Shown: in pieces, positions 33,264 through 43,652 of the stretch
How positions within the stretch are numbered: position 1 is the first letter of the stretch
How the letters are laid out: each line of letters opens with the position of its first letter
Origin: an uncultured Acidobacteriota bacterium
Lineage (GTDB): Bacteria; Acidobacteriota; UBA6911
DNA length: 46,007 nucleotides
Reading direction: 5' to 3'
NCBI GenBank assembly: GCA_963827655.1
Contig: CAWHCF010000027.1
Coordinates: forward strand, 1-46,007
Position numbers and translations under genes: made by a program
The notes under the pieces: model-generated
Told to the model about the DNA's origin: nothing
What the model saw: only the letters and a program-made list of their open reading frames with translations
Database searches by the model: none

Positions 33264-33482
33264 TCATTGGTTTTTTGCAGAGATCGCCGAGAGTTTGCGC
33301 CCCGGCTGAACGACCGCCTGTGTGCTCTGCTCGACGTAAGCCTCGATGTCAGCCAGGTTATAGCGGATGAGGCGACCCAGTTTTACGAATCGCGGCCCCC
33401 TTCGTTCCCGTCTCCAGCGGCGAAGAGCCGCGATTGTGCAATTCAGTGTCTCTGCTGCTTTTTGTTCAGTCAATAGTTGCAT
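33264..33482 (-). CDS. AlpA/HTH_17 excisionase-like DNA-binding protein
   Basis: MQLLTEQKAAETL..LRRWRRERRGPRFVKLGRLIRYNLADIEAY. Confidence 0.85.
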   Translation of the reverse strand: MQLLTEQKAAETLNCTIAALRRWRRERRGPRFVKLGRLIRYNLADIEAYVEQSTQAVVQPGRKLSAISAKNQ

Positions 33483-34023
33483 GTTCCGTCCTCCATTCCC
33501 GGAAATACATCGTCGGGATGTGACACAAGTGCTTCCAAACCTTAAGCTTCCACGATAGGTCGAACCAAGATACTCCAGCAATGGAACACCGAGGTTGTCG
33601 CCGCAACCCCCAGGCGCATCGGTGAAGCCGACTTGGGTCCAGGCTCGGTCATGGCTTCGGCACCGACTGTGCCGGGCCACCGCACGAGTCCAAAAAAACC
33701 CTTCATTCGATAAGAGTGAAAAAAGGCCTCAAAACTTACCCTAGAAAATTTCCACCCTGTCGTTTTTTTACCAGGAAGGTGCCCTCGCGTAATTGACCGA
33801 GAGAATTGGTTCAGATCTCCGGCGTCATGATCGCTAACCCTCGCCTTCTCCAATCCGAGCGCGCGAGGTTTTACTGGCGATCATCTACAAGAACGCAATG
33901 ACTGGTGGGGCATATCTGGAAAGTTACGAATAAGATACAACAGTCACTGGCCCTGGACTTGTCAGAGTTTCTTTGGTGTAAAACGTGACAAAGTGGCTAC
34001 TCGGGCACACCACTTAAGAACGA

Positions 34024-34380
34024 ATGGGAAACCGCACGACATCACCGGGCTCACGACAGACTGCGAAATGCGTAATCGAATCGAGAAGAGCGGCGAGCGA
34101 CTGTGGCGGTTTGAGGGTTTTCCCGGCGTTCCCGTCTCGGCTTCGCGGATGGCGCGACAAGGAAAACTACAGCGGCTGAGCGAGGGCGTTTATTACCGCG
34201 CCCGACAGACGGCCCCAGGCAGTAGCCTGCCAAACCCAGCGATGATCTAGAGGCTTGCCGCCGCGCGCAAGACTGTGTTTCCCGCTGGTGTTGCCACCGC
34301 AAACCTTCTCGGTTTCACCACGCAGGCCGGTGGCCGCGAGGTTGCCACGAGCGCGTTGAGCCTGCCCCGAAAAGCGCGTT
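34024..34380 (+). pseudogene. DUF6088-family (AbiEi-antitoxin-like) remnant
   Basis: RIEKSGERLWRFE..SRMARQGKLQRLSEGVYYRARQT..PNP, TAG at 34248, then VFPAGVATANLLGFTTQ..EVATSALSLPRK. Confidence 0.65.
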
Positions 34381-34501
34381 GGCGGCGCAACAATGGGTGG
34401 GAGCGGGCATTCGAATCACCGCTGTTGGTATCTTATTACTGACGGTTTCGCCTCGAATACCCAGCGAAACCAGGCGTAACGACGACACCCTTCCGCCGGA
34501 G

Positions 34502-34516
34502 GATACGCAACGTATC
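34502..34516. promoter_or_regulatory. Candidate TetR operator
   Basis: Perfect palindrome GATACG-CAA-CGTATC 22 nt upstream of the tetR ATG. Confidence 0.55.
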
Positions 34517-34538
34517 TAACATATTGGTTGAGTTCGCA

Positions 34539-35144
34539 ATGAGTGGCGGGCTGATCAGCGAGGCAAGGACAGTCGGTAGCCGTAGACGGGGTAAGGCCTT
34601 GGAGGAGGCGATCTTCGAGGCCGTGTGGCAAGAGCTTGCTCAAGCTGGTTACGTCAACTTCTCGATAGAGAGGGTCGCAGCCGGGGCGGGCACCAGTAAG
34701 CCGGTGATCTACCGGCGCTGGCCTACCCGCGCCCGGCTTGTATACGCCGCATTGAGAGCAAACCGACCTGTTGTCTCACGCGAGCCACCGGACACTGGAA
34801 CCGTCCGGGGCGATGTCTTGGTCATTCTGCACCGCGTTGCAGAAATGGTGGACGAATTAAGTCCAGAAGTAATCTTTGGCCTGATTGCAGAGCTTCTCCA
34901 CGAGAGGAGCGAGTCATCGCTCTTTGCAGAAGTGCAAGAACGCAACGCCACAATAATGATGGAAATTCTAACCCGCGGGGTTGGACGCGGCGAAATCGCT
35001 GCGGAGAAGCTTACGCCTCGCTTGGCTGCGCTGCCTTTCGACCTCGTGCGCTATCAGCTCATGATACTGCAGCAGCCGTTGTCGGCGCAGGACATAGAAG
35101 AGATCGTTGATCGGATTTTTCTACCTCTGGTCCGAGCCGATTGA
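34539..35144 (+). CDS. TetR/AcrR-family regulator
   Basis: RRRGKALEEAIFEAVWQELAQAGY..SIERVAAGAGTSKPVIYRRWP..PDTGTVRGD..IVDRIFLPL. Confidence 0.92.
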   Translation: MSGGLISEARTVGSRRRGKALEEAIFEAVWQELAQAGYVNFSIERVAAGAGTSKPVIYRRWPTRARLVYAALRANRPVVSREPPDTGTVRGDVLVILHRVAEMVDELSPEVIFGLIAELLHERSESSLFAEVQERNATIMMEILTRGVGRGEIAAEKLTPRLAALPFDLVRYQLMILQQPLSAQDIEEIVDRIFLPLVRAD

Positions 35145-35237
35145 GCAAGAGATATCGAATTGAAAATATCGGTGTGCCCGGCGTCAGTCGCACACGACAC
35201 GTGCGATTGGTTTTTGAGGGAATGGAGACCCTTCTAC

Positions 35238-36092
35238 ATGAAGCCTAATGAACCCAGCCGCACGGCCCTGAACATCGCCCGACAACGAGCTGCTCATCAG
35301 GTGCTCGATCATGGCTCAATCCTCTATGACCCATTTGCCATGAAGATTCTGTGTGAAGACGAAAAGGACGTGCTTCAATTTGCAAACCAACACCCCTCGG
35401 CCAGCATCGGACGTCTATTCACCACCGCGCGAAGCCGGATTGCGGAAGATGCTTTGTCTGGAGCTGTCGAAAGAGGGATTCGGCAGATCGTTATCCTTGG
35501 GGCCGGACTCGACACTTTCGCTCTCCGGAATCCCCATGGCGCACGACATATCCTTATTTATGAGGTGGATCACCCCGCGCCGCAGGCATGGAAACGCCAA
35601 CGCTTGGCTGAAGCTCAAATCGGACTTCCGCCATGGCTTGTCCTCGTGCCAGTCGATTTCGAGCGGGACGATGTGGGAGAGAAGCTCGTCGCCGCAGGCT
35701 TTCAGCAGAACTCGCCCGCGTTTTTCACTTGGCTCGGGGTTGTGCCATATCTGACGCAGGACGCTATCGGCCGCACCCTGGACTACATGTCGTCAATCCA
35801 AAACTCGGAGGTGGTGTTCGACTACCTGGAACCTCCCGAGGCATTCACAGAAGAGCTAAGGCAAAAAGAAAAGGAGCGGACCGAACAGCTTAAGAAAATT
35901 GATGAACGTTCGGTCAGCCGTTTCGAACCGGATGGCATTGCAGCGATTCTTCGCTCGCGCGGCTTTTGTGACATCGAAGACATCAATTTCCAGGAGATCA
36001 GGTCCAGGTTCGGCCGCGCCGTTCAAGGGCTCGCGCCCGGACAGGCTGGTCTTCATGTTGTCCACGCTAAGCACTCTAGGCGCGCGGCATAG
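35238..36092 (+). CDS. SAM-dependent methyltransferase (LCM/YktD-like)
   Basis: PSRTA..RAAHQ..DPFA, QIVILGAGLDT, YEVDHP, VPVDFE, WLGVVPYL. Confidence 0.9.
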   Translation: MKPNEPSRTALNIARQRAAHQVLDHGSILYDPFAMKILCEDEKDVLQFANQHPSASIGRLFTTARSRIAEDALSGAVERGIRQIVILGAGLDTFALRNPHGARHILIYEVDHPAPQAWKRQRLAEAQIGLPPWLVLVPVDFERDDVGEKLVAAGFQQNSPAFFTWLGVVPYLTQDAIGRTLDYMSSIQNSEVVFDYLEPPEAFTEELRQKEKERTEQLKKIDERSVSRFEPDGIAAILRSRGFCDIEDINFQEIRSRFGRAVQGLAPGQAGLHVVHAKHSRRAA

Positions 36093-36657
36093 CGGATATG
36101 GTAGGGCTCGCTCGCCCATCGCGGCAGTGCACCGAGAATCGCGAGCGCTCGGTTCTGTTCCGTCGCTCAGTTCAGCATTTGCCGCCGTCAGGTGCCCGCG
36201 CCTATGCGGCCCGCGCAGAACCATGCGCGGGCCGATCTTGATGGGAGAACCCTGCGGACCGTCGGGGATTCGTGCTCAAAGACCTTCGAGCCACTTAAGG
36301 ATCGTCGCGTCCGTGCGCCAAGAGACGAGGCAGTCGGACTCATCCAGGACCGAGGAACATCGCGCAAAGTTAACATAAAGCCCGTTCTCAGAACCGAGTT
36401 GCCCCGACTCGAGCTGAAAATGACGCTTGTTTCTCTTATCCACCTTCGACATAGAGGTAGGTGGCGAGGCCGCCAACTAATCCGGTAGTCGAGACCGGCA
36501 GCGGAAAAGGCTCTCTGTATGAGGTCAGCAGAGCCAAGAGTTGTTCCACGCGCTTCTCGAAGAAGGTGTTGACGAAGATCTGCACGGTGGCCCTTTAGAA
36601 TTATCTCATTCTGCTTAGGGGGCAGGCCGGAGGCCTACCCTACTTTGCTAACGCTGA

Positions 36658-36752
36658 AGCGAATAGGCCGAACAAGAGCCGTTTTCCTCGCGCTGCCCCG
36701 GCTGCGGGGTCGGCCCAGTTTCCGATAAGGTGAGGATATTATGCAACTCGAG
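36658..36752. repeat. Direct repeat copy 1: oriIS-like end plus dif-like site
   Basis: First 74 bp identical to 38891-38964; GTTTCCGATAA-GGTGAGGATA-TTATGCAACT. Confidence 0.9.
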
Positions 36753-37340
36753 GGATCTCGTAGGTCAGAACCTCGCCGTCGTCCAGGAACTCGCGGAACG
36801 CGAGCATGTCATCGTAGGCCGCGACCGCATCCTCCACCTCCGGCAAGGCCATGTCTTCGTAGCCTTTCATGCGCGGGCTGAAAATCTGCATGCCGTCCAC
36901 GCCGCGGAGCCAGAGGTGCCGCAGGATCTCGCGGTAACGTTCCCTCGACAGGACCGGAAATTCGAGCTCCGGGGGTTCCGAGACCCAGCGCGTGACCCAG
37001 GGTATCGACTCCTTCTCGGGTGCCCAGCGCTCACCCAGCTTTCCGGCCAGCGAGACCTGGCGCAAGAGCAAGTTGGTGTAGACCTGGTCGACGTGCTGTT
37101 GATCGCGTTTCTCGTCCTTGCCCCGGGACTTCCAGACCCAGGAGGCGGCGCCGTACGCCGTCGGGTTCCAGGCGGTGACCAGCGGCGGCAAGTGGATCGG
37201 CCCCGGTTGCCGCTCCATCCCGGCTGCGGCTCATCGGGCGTCGAAGGCTGCGCGAGCCAGTTGGTCACCGAGCACTTCGGGTAGAACTCCAGGACGGGCG
37301 CGGCGTAGTACGCGCCGAAGAGGTCATAGAACTTCCGGGC
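36739..37340 (-). pseudogene. Fragment of an unidentified protein ending at the dif-like arm
   Basis: Coding-like, frameshifted: EFYPKCSVTNW / PPLVTAWNPTAYG..SRERYREILRHLWLRGVDGMQIF..AYDDMLAFREFLDDG; stop TAA lies in the repeat. Confidence 0.55.
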
Positions 37341-37410
37341 CGGTCAGGAGCATGACTTGTGCCCCGGGTAACTCTGCTGGCGGCATGGTTGCTCGGCTCC
37401 TTATGGTGAT

Positions 37411-37492
37411 GCCGAACGCTGGCGGTGAGCCGCCGCCGGAAGCGTAGGCGAAGCCGAAGCCGGAGGCGGTGGGCTCCAGTCCGTGGTTCGGC
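37411..37492 (-). other. Integron attC recombination site (82 bp)
   Basis: Minus strand: R'' GCCGAAC-5 nt-L'' ACTGGAGC-CCACCGCC...GGCGGCG-L' GCTCACC-6 nt-R' GTTCGGC, then AGGAG and an ATG. Confidence 0.75.
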
Positions 37493-37563
37493 GAGGACTC
37501 GGCCCACAGGATAGACTGCGCATCGAAGCCGACCCCTTCTGCGCTGTGGTCCCCGCCAGGTGT

Positions 37564-38164
37564 CTAGCTCACGCGCCACGTGAACGTGGCTACGGCCCCG
37601 GACTATCTCGAACTGGCGCGGCAGGTCCGGGTAACCCCAGCGCGTCCCACCGCTGGGGGCGAGCTGGGCGCTCTGGTTGTCAAACTGCAACGCCGTCGTA
37701 AACCCGGTGTTTTGCATCGTGGTCGGTTGTCCCGCGTCCTTCGTCAGCCGCTGTGAGTGCACCTGGCAACCCGGCGACGGTGGCGGTCAACGCGTGTGCT
37801 CCTGTATCGCGATCTGCGCTGTCTGGGTTGGAGCCACTGCGTCACCAGCCCGGCCGATCCCATAGGGCCTCCGTGCCCTGGAAGTCGCCTCCACCTCACG
37901 GCGTTGCTCCGCACTGGCCCCATCGTCAATATAGAGGCGCGCCGTGCCGTTGCCGTCATAGAGGGTTGGCCCGGGAAAATAAAACCCCATAGCGAGCGTG
38001 CGCCCACCCAGGGTGACGCTGCCATTGCCTTGCCGGACACGCAGCAGCCAGACGCTGGCGCACCACCCCTGGTCCATCACCATCAACTCCCGCACACCGT
38101 ACCGCAGGGACAGCATATTCCATCTGCAGGTCTCGATAAAGTCTGCCCTCAGGTTCCAAGCCAT
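37564..38164 (-). pseudogene. DUF1326-family protein, multiply frameshifted (cassette gene)
   Basis: MAWNLRADFIETC..YGVRELMVMDQGWC..FPGPTLYDGNGTARLYIDDGASAEQRREVE..TFTWRVS*; AAGGAGG RBS. Confidence 0.7.
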
Positions 38165-38890
38165 GGAAAATGACCTCCTTTGTAGTGTGTGATGTGGTAA
38201 TGAAGAGCCGAACGCTATCTAGACATCCTATAAGAATGTCTCCCCTATATCACCCGCTGATATCTCCGCAGGGTACTATTCGAGTGCTGTAGCCCCTCGT
38301 GATGCGGCCGATCCAAGGGATGGCCCAGCCGCTCAAGGGTTTGACTCGCGCTTGTGGCAATGTACCTGTATACGCAAACTCCATGTCGGCAAATTCCACT
38401 GGATGTTCTTCTGCGCCACGTAGTAGTTCGCGTCAGGCCCATCAGCAAAGGGCCGCGCACCAAAACCGACACCGAGCCCCTCGATGCACAGGTGCAGTCG
38501 CCGCTCTGGCGATTCAGACTGCGGAGCATGTAGATGACGTAGACGGACGAGGCGGCATTGGTCTGGCCATCCGTAGCCAGGGCCGGGTCCGAAGACACAT
38601 TGTTCACCCGCAACATGGTGTTCGATCGCATGCCAAGCGGTGCCGGAGAGGTAGGATTGACCAGACTACCCGCCGCGTTTGACCTCGTCGATGGCCTGGG
38701 CAAAGCCGTCGTTCAGCAGGATGGTAGGATCGCTGGCAGCAAGAGTAAAGCCCGTACATAAACTTGGGGACGCTGTCGTGCATGATGAAGTTGACCGCCC
38801 CACGGGCCTGGTCATCCCGTCTGGAAAAATCTAGACTGATTGTCCCGTTCTTTTAAGAAGCGTAGGTGCACAGCATAATTCTGGTCCTTG

Positions 38891-38985
38891 AGCGAATAGG
38901 CCGAACAAGAGCCGTTTTCCTCGCGCTGCCCCGGCTGCGGGGTCGGCCCAGTTTCCGATAAGGTAAGACATTATGTCAACTCGAG
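38891..38985. repeat. Direct repeat copy 2: oriIS-like end of the IS91-family element plus dif-like site
   Basis: GTTTCCGATAA-GGTAAGACA-TTATGTCAACT; preceded on + by CTTG (CAAG on the transposase strand); 111 bp downstream of the transposase stop. Confidence 0.9.
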
Positions 38986-39096
38986 CGCGCCCGGTCCGAC
39001 CGTTCTGCGGCATCCGATTGGCCGATCATAGACCAAAATTTTTAGGCTGGGATGAAATTTTGCAGGCTTTCGCCACGGCGGCGATCGGGCGGTCAC

Positions 39097-40545
39097 TCAG
39101 ACCGGTTCATCAGGGTGAGAGGACGAGCGTCCCGCTGCTGAGGCGATTGGTGGCGCCCGCGAAGGCAGGCCGAGGCACTCGAGGATCGCCCGGATCGCAT
39201 CCGGTGGATGGATGGCGGCGAGAATCCGCATGCGCCCAAGACAGCGGGGGCACTCGAGAACATCAATGGCCCACACTCGGTGCATTAGCTCGGCCCAGGA
39301 GTAGTTGCGAGGTCGTTGCCGGCAGCCCGATCTGCCTTGCCGGTGTGATCGCTCTCGAGGATTGGACTTCCCACTCTGTGGCCTTGGCGAATCGCCGCCG
39401 GTTCTGCGGTGCGCGCGACAGCCGGAATGGGGAGATGTCTCGGCTTGACGGGGCAGGCTTGGCGGGACGATTTCCGGTCTCGAACGCGCCGCAGGGGCCA
39501 GCACGCCGTGGTACCTTACCAGGTTGAATCTAGGCGGCGGCACGAGCGCCGCGAGCTTGGCCACGAGCTCGAGCGGCTCGAACAGCACGTGAGTCGAACC
39601 GTCCCGCCACGGATGTTTCAGACGGTAGAGCACGCGGCCGTCGGCGAGCAGCGACAGTCGCTCCGTGGCCACCGCCGGCCGCGCACAATAGCGGCAAAGC
39701 CGCTCGAGGCGCTCGCGATCGCGGGCGGCCACGCAGACATTCGCATGGACGTTGATACCCGCTACACTGGCACACCGGGGGCTGCCTGGGACCACGAGAG
39801 CCTCGACGTCGACTCCATCTCCGACGGTCGAGATGCGTTGGCGGGCGCGGGGTCCCGTGGCGATCCGGCCGTGCACCGACGCGCCGTAGAGCTCGGCCAG
39901 GAGCGGCTGATCGCGCCGAGTGGGTCCGCCTCGTCGGGATCGGCCCGGGGCCCGAGCCCGCGCCGCTCGAGCAACGCGAGGATGCGGCGGGCAACACGGC
40001 CGGTCACGCGCGTCACCTCGGCATCGTCGGGTGGGGGTAGCGCGTGGAAGCGCGCGCTCCCGGCCTCGTCGATGGCATAGGCGCCGTCGAGCACCAGCGT
40101 ATGGAAGTGGACGTTCAGATTGAGGGCGCCCCCGAACCGCTGCACGAAGGTGACCGCGCCGCACTGCGCCCCCCGGACTCCACTGCCGGCGCGAACCCGC
40201 TGCCGCAGGGAGCGGAACACGGCAGATGAAGATCTGCAGCACGTCGCGCACCAGACGCGCGTCGTAGGCGAGCCGGTAGCGCAGAGCGAAAGGCAGCGAG
40301 AGCACCCACTGTCGGATGGGGACGGGGGGGCAGCACACGATCGACCAGATGCGCGGCGGTGTCCGCCATCCGGCGCCCGGCGCAGGAGCTGCAAAATCCA
40401 CGACCTTTGCAGGAGAACGCTACAACGCGGTCCTTCCGCATGTCGCGAGTGTCACCCGCAAGAAGCCGTGGGCCAGTACACCGCACTCGAGGAACAAGCG
40501 CAGCTCGCATTCGACGAACCGCGGCACCGGGCGGTCGCGGCGGAA
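39097..40545 (-). mobile_element. IS91/ISCR-family rolling-circle (HUH) transposase, frameshifted and 5'-truncated
   Basis: FLECGVLAHGF, VAFSCKGRGFCSSC, RQWVLSLP, QRFGGALNLNVHFHTLVLDG, LERLCRYCARP, NLVRYHGVLAP, WAELM..DVLECPRC. Confidence 0.9.
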
Positions 40546-40939
40546 GTGACGGCCTAGTGGAGACAGAAAACATTTGCGCGTTCACGAAACCTCCGTGAAA
40601 GCCTCAATAATCCGCACCTCAAACGCCGGCGTATCGGTTCCGGTTGCTCGGTTGACTTGTTATCGTCACCAGCAGAGCCCGAAAGACACATCATCGGTCA
40701 TTATCCAGCGTTCGGCTTTGACGGGCCGAGACCCTCTCCCGGCTTGCCGAGCATGGCGAGAAGTTTCGACGACACACAGGGAGACAGCGGGGGGGCCTCC
40801 TCGAGGAAGAAGCCGAGAAGATCGTGTTCCTCTAACAATAAATGCTCCTTGTTCACATGCGTCCCTCACGACCCTGCTCGAATGCGCGTGGGGCTTTGAG
40901 CCGATTGGTCTGCATCAGCGCCCGTTGTGGGAACCTCGA

Positions 40940-41375
40940 TCATCCGAGAGATGGTTGTGCGTCCGGAATCCCATATCCAAGCTGTCTGTAACCCCGCCGG
41001 CGCCGCTCGAACATCCGCTTGAGCATCGGAACCTCCATGTCGGCGTAGTCATAAATTGTGACCTCGTGCTTCCCTTGACGGGAGCGATTCGACCCCCTGT
41101 CGTATTGTGCCAGCGTTCCCTTCCATGAGATGGGCATCGCCAAAAGTAGATATCGAGTCGGTCATCGTCAAAGCCCTCTCCAAGGTATCGACCCGTCGCT
41201 AACACCAGGCGAGGGCCCTCCTCCTGCAGACTGAAATGGCAGCCCTCCTCTGCTTTTGCCCCATCCCGCCTGTCAGTACGACCAGATTGGAAACCACCGG
41301 GGCGAGACGTTGAGCCAGGTATTCCAGATGGGCTCTCCTTTCAGTCAGAATAGGTGCGGACAGCCACCGTTTTCG
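40940..41375 (-). pseudogene. C-terminal remnant of a DEAD/DEAH-box SF2 helicase (type seen in TOTE-like conflict loci)
   Basis: LTERRAHLEYL..LTGGMG / ATGRYLGEGFDDDRLD / MPISWKGTLAQY..YDYADMEVPMLKRMFERRRRGY. Confidence 0.7.
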
Positions 41376-41553
41376 AGGCAGAGAGAAGCGATTTGATCGA
41401 GCAGGAATTCCCTTTGCTTTTGCACATACGACAGTTCATCTTCCGCAATCTTGAGCAGCCGCTCAATTTGGGCAAGGCGTTCCTGATTCATGCGGATTCT
41501 GATCTTTGGCTTGGTCGGCTGCAGCCGGTGCGCCGACGAACTGCGCCTTGGGC

Positions 41554-41826
41554 CTAGTACGGTCTGGCGTCGTCGCGATCTGCGCCTTCAAGCCAGATCG
41601 GTTCGCCTTGTGCCTCCCGCTCGAAAAGAAGATCGGAGCCTTTGATGCTGTTTAGAGCCCGCGTCAAGCGCACGTGGATGTCCCAGAAATAGGACTCCTC
41701 AGAATCGAACTTAATCTCGACCACGCCCTCCGGCCAGACGCGCTTTATGGTCTCCAGCACGTCTTTGCGCAACCCGGCGTCCTGCTTTCCAGCTTTTGGA
41801 AGGGACGAGCCCCGCTTCTTCGCCAT
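41554..41826 (-). CDS. Hypothetical protein, probably truncated
   Basis: ATG with AGGA upstream; protein-like composition; no family recognised. Confidence 0.4.
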   Translation of the reverse strand: MAKKRGSSLPKAGKQDAGLRKDVLETIKRVWPEGVVEIKFDSEESYFWDIHVRLTRALNSIKGSDLLFEREAQGEPIWLEGADRDDARPY

Positions 41827-42286
41827 GTTTCACGTCCTGTGGTTAGATGGATGTATTCGCGGATACATATTAGCCCAACCTCCGCGATCAAACTCGTTTT
41901 TGGGATTCGACGCACGCGCCCGTCGTTCCTGACCTAAGGGCCAATTGACCAGACCGGCTTCACGATGGTTCCGACGGACGAGAATCATGTCGCACGGGCA
42001 CAGCTCGATAGTTCGTGGCAGCGAGACAGTGAGCTTCTATGCGTGTCTGCCGACATCGAATGGATGGTTGTGACCATCCAGCCAAGCCGGCCAGCTTCAA
42101 CGCGTTCAACCTTCGAGCGTTTGGCCATGCTGAATGGAACCAACTCGTGCGTTAAAAGCGCGCGTTAAAAGCGAGAGTACGGCAACGGGCAAGATCGCAA
42201 ATCGATGAGAAGATCCGGCAGCAGGACGCACACGAACAAAGCAAGAATGAGAGGAATGCTCTGGATGCTCAATAGCAAATTAATCT

Positions 42287-42637
42287 TCACAGAGGAAGAT
42301 AGCGAACGATATTATCGAATTCCGTTTCGAGACTGCATGTCACCGTTACCTCAAGGTCATCTATCGCTCGACTGAGTGGCAGTCGCCGCGGCACAACGAT
42401 GACACCCATCATCTTTTCGCCCGCGGCTATCCGATCGGCGGCATGGACGGGCATAGTTTTACGATCGTGGGTGATGATGATGCGCCCGGCCTCCGCTGCC
42501 CATGCCAGTAATTCCGGATCCGTGACGGTACTCAGACCGACCTCATGGGCTGTGAGCGCGTCCAGCTCTGGGATGCGGCGCACAAGACCGCGCAGAATAT
42601 CCTGATCAAAATCCTGATCGATGAGCAGCCGCAGCAT
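42287..42637 (-). CDS. DUF5615 PIN-like toxin
   Basis: MLRLLIDQDF..VGL..DPELLAWAAEAGRIIITHDRKTM..GVIVV. Confidence 0.88.
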   Translation of the reverse strand: MLRLLIDQDFDQDILRGLVRRIPELDALTAHEVGLSTVTDPELLAWAAEAGRIIITHDRKTMPVHAADRIAAGEKMMGVIVVPRRLPLSRAIDDLEVTVTCSLETEFDNIVRYLPL

Positions 42638-42670
42638 GCCGGTCGCAATGTGGAATGCACGGACTCGAGG

Positions 42671-43015
42671 CTATCGCGGCAATGACCACCGGGACAACAA
42701 GCGTTCGCGCATTTCAGCTATTGCTTTCTGGTATTGAGGATCACCCTCAATGCGCTGCTGCACGCGGTCGCTCTCCGCCTCCTGTAGCCGCAAATACTCC
42801 TTCACAGACTCTCGGTGGTTGAGGTAGTAGGTGATGACAGCATAGATATCGGCGAGTTTCAGGGATGGGAATTTATGCGCGATTTGCTCGGCAGTGGCGC
42901 CAAGCTCGAAGTGATGCACGACTGAGTCCAGGCTGACCCGTGATCCTGTTATTCGGATCGTGCCATCCTCGCTTATCGTGAGGGGCACGGTTTGCGTTGT
43001 ATCGGGTGTAGTCAT
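42671..43015 (-). CDS. DUF433 antitoxin
   Basis: IRITGSRVSLDSVV..GATAEQIAHKFPSLKLADIYAVITYYL. Confidence 0.9.
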   Translation of the reverse strand: MTTPDTTQTVPLTISEDGTIRITGSRVSLDSVVHHFELGATAEQIAHKFPSLKLADIYAVITYYLNHRESVKEYLRLQEAESDRVQQRIEGDPQYQKAIAEMRERLLSRWSLPR

Positions 43016-43139
43016 GCAGGTCTCATTATACACTATCAATGCCGGGCGCAGCGGCGCTCATCTGGACGACATGGACAACAGACCTGATAACCAGGCCCCG
43101 CAGGCTGAGATAATTGAAAAACTCAGCTTGATTGAATCT

Positions 43140-43652
43140 CAGCCATGAAGGACCAGCCGAGTCTGGCTCTGGTTGGTAACGAGCAGCGAGAATCCGCCGA
43201 ACCACATCCTTGTTGATGTGAATTTCGAAAGCCAAAGCGATTTGTTGGGCGATACGCGGACAGCCCCACTTGGATTCCGTTGCTTCATTTGGACAAAGGC
43301 TGCAATGACTTCCGGGCTAGGTCCTTTTGGGCCCGGCTTCTTCCGCAGTTTGAGCGAGAACAGTAGACGGTACTTGCGGTTCTTCAGCGCTCGATGAAGG
43401 CTCAAGAGAGTTGACGGTTTCAATACGATTGCGGAACGGATAGTCGGCCGGGGCGCATGAGGAGAGCACACAAGCCGGCTACGACGCGATCGCGGACGCG
43501 CAGATTGGGTGAACGGTGTCGGGAACGATTCGGATCAGAAGTTGCTGCTTGACCAGAACAGATTCGGCGACCACAGAACGCGCGCCACCGGGACCTGCGA
43601 GTCGGGCGATCGTCGTAATGAGATGGATGAAGAGTACAGCTAGATCACGCAT
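43140..43652 (-). pseudogene. N-terminal remnant of an integrase-core (rve) IS transposase
   Basis: Across frames: MRDLAVLFIHL..PGGARSVVAESVLVKQQLLI / AIVLKPSTLLSLHRAL..KPGPKGPS..MKQRNP / INKDVVRRILA..GPSWLRF. Confidence 0.7.

Noticed and set aside
33542-33853. 103-aa ORF upstream of xis
   Set aside because: No motif or good start; may be non-coding or decayed
34248-34250. In-frame TAG in the DUF6088 remnant as pyrrolysine or read-through
   Set aside because: The gene also shows deletions and truncation, consistent with an ordinary nonsense mutation
36110-36200. Possible degenerate attC after the methyltransferase (GCCCATC..GCAGTGCACCGA..)
   Set aside because: No AAC/GTT cores and no complementary right half
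36515-36592. Minus-strand peptide ATVQIFVNTFFEKRVEQLLALL resembling a BlaI/MecI C-terminus
   Set aside because: Too short and isolated to support a call
36667-36673. GCCGAAC inside both oriIS repeats matches the attC core
   Set aside because: A 7-bp GC-rich match without L boxes; likely coincidence
38245-38830. Expected position of a divergent intI gene
   Set aside because: No tyrosine-recombinase motifs in any frame; looks like an unrelated decayed gene
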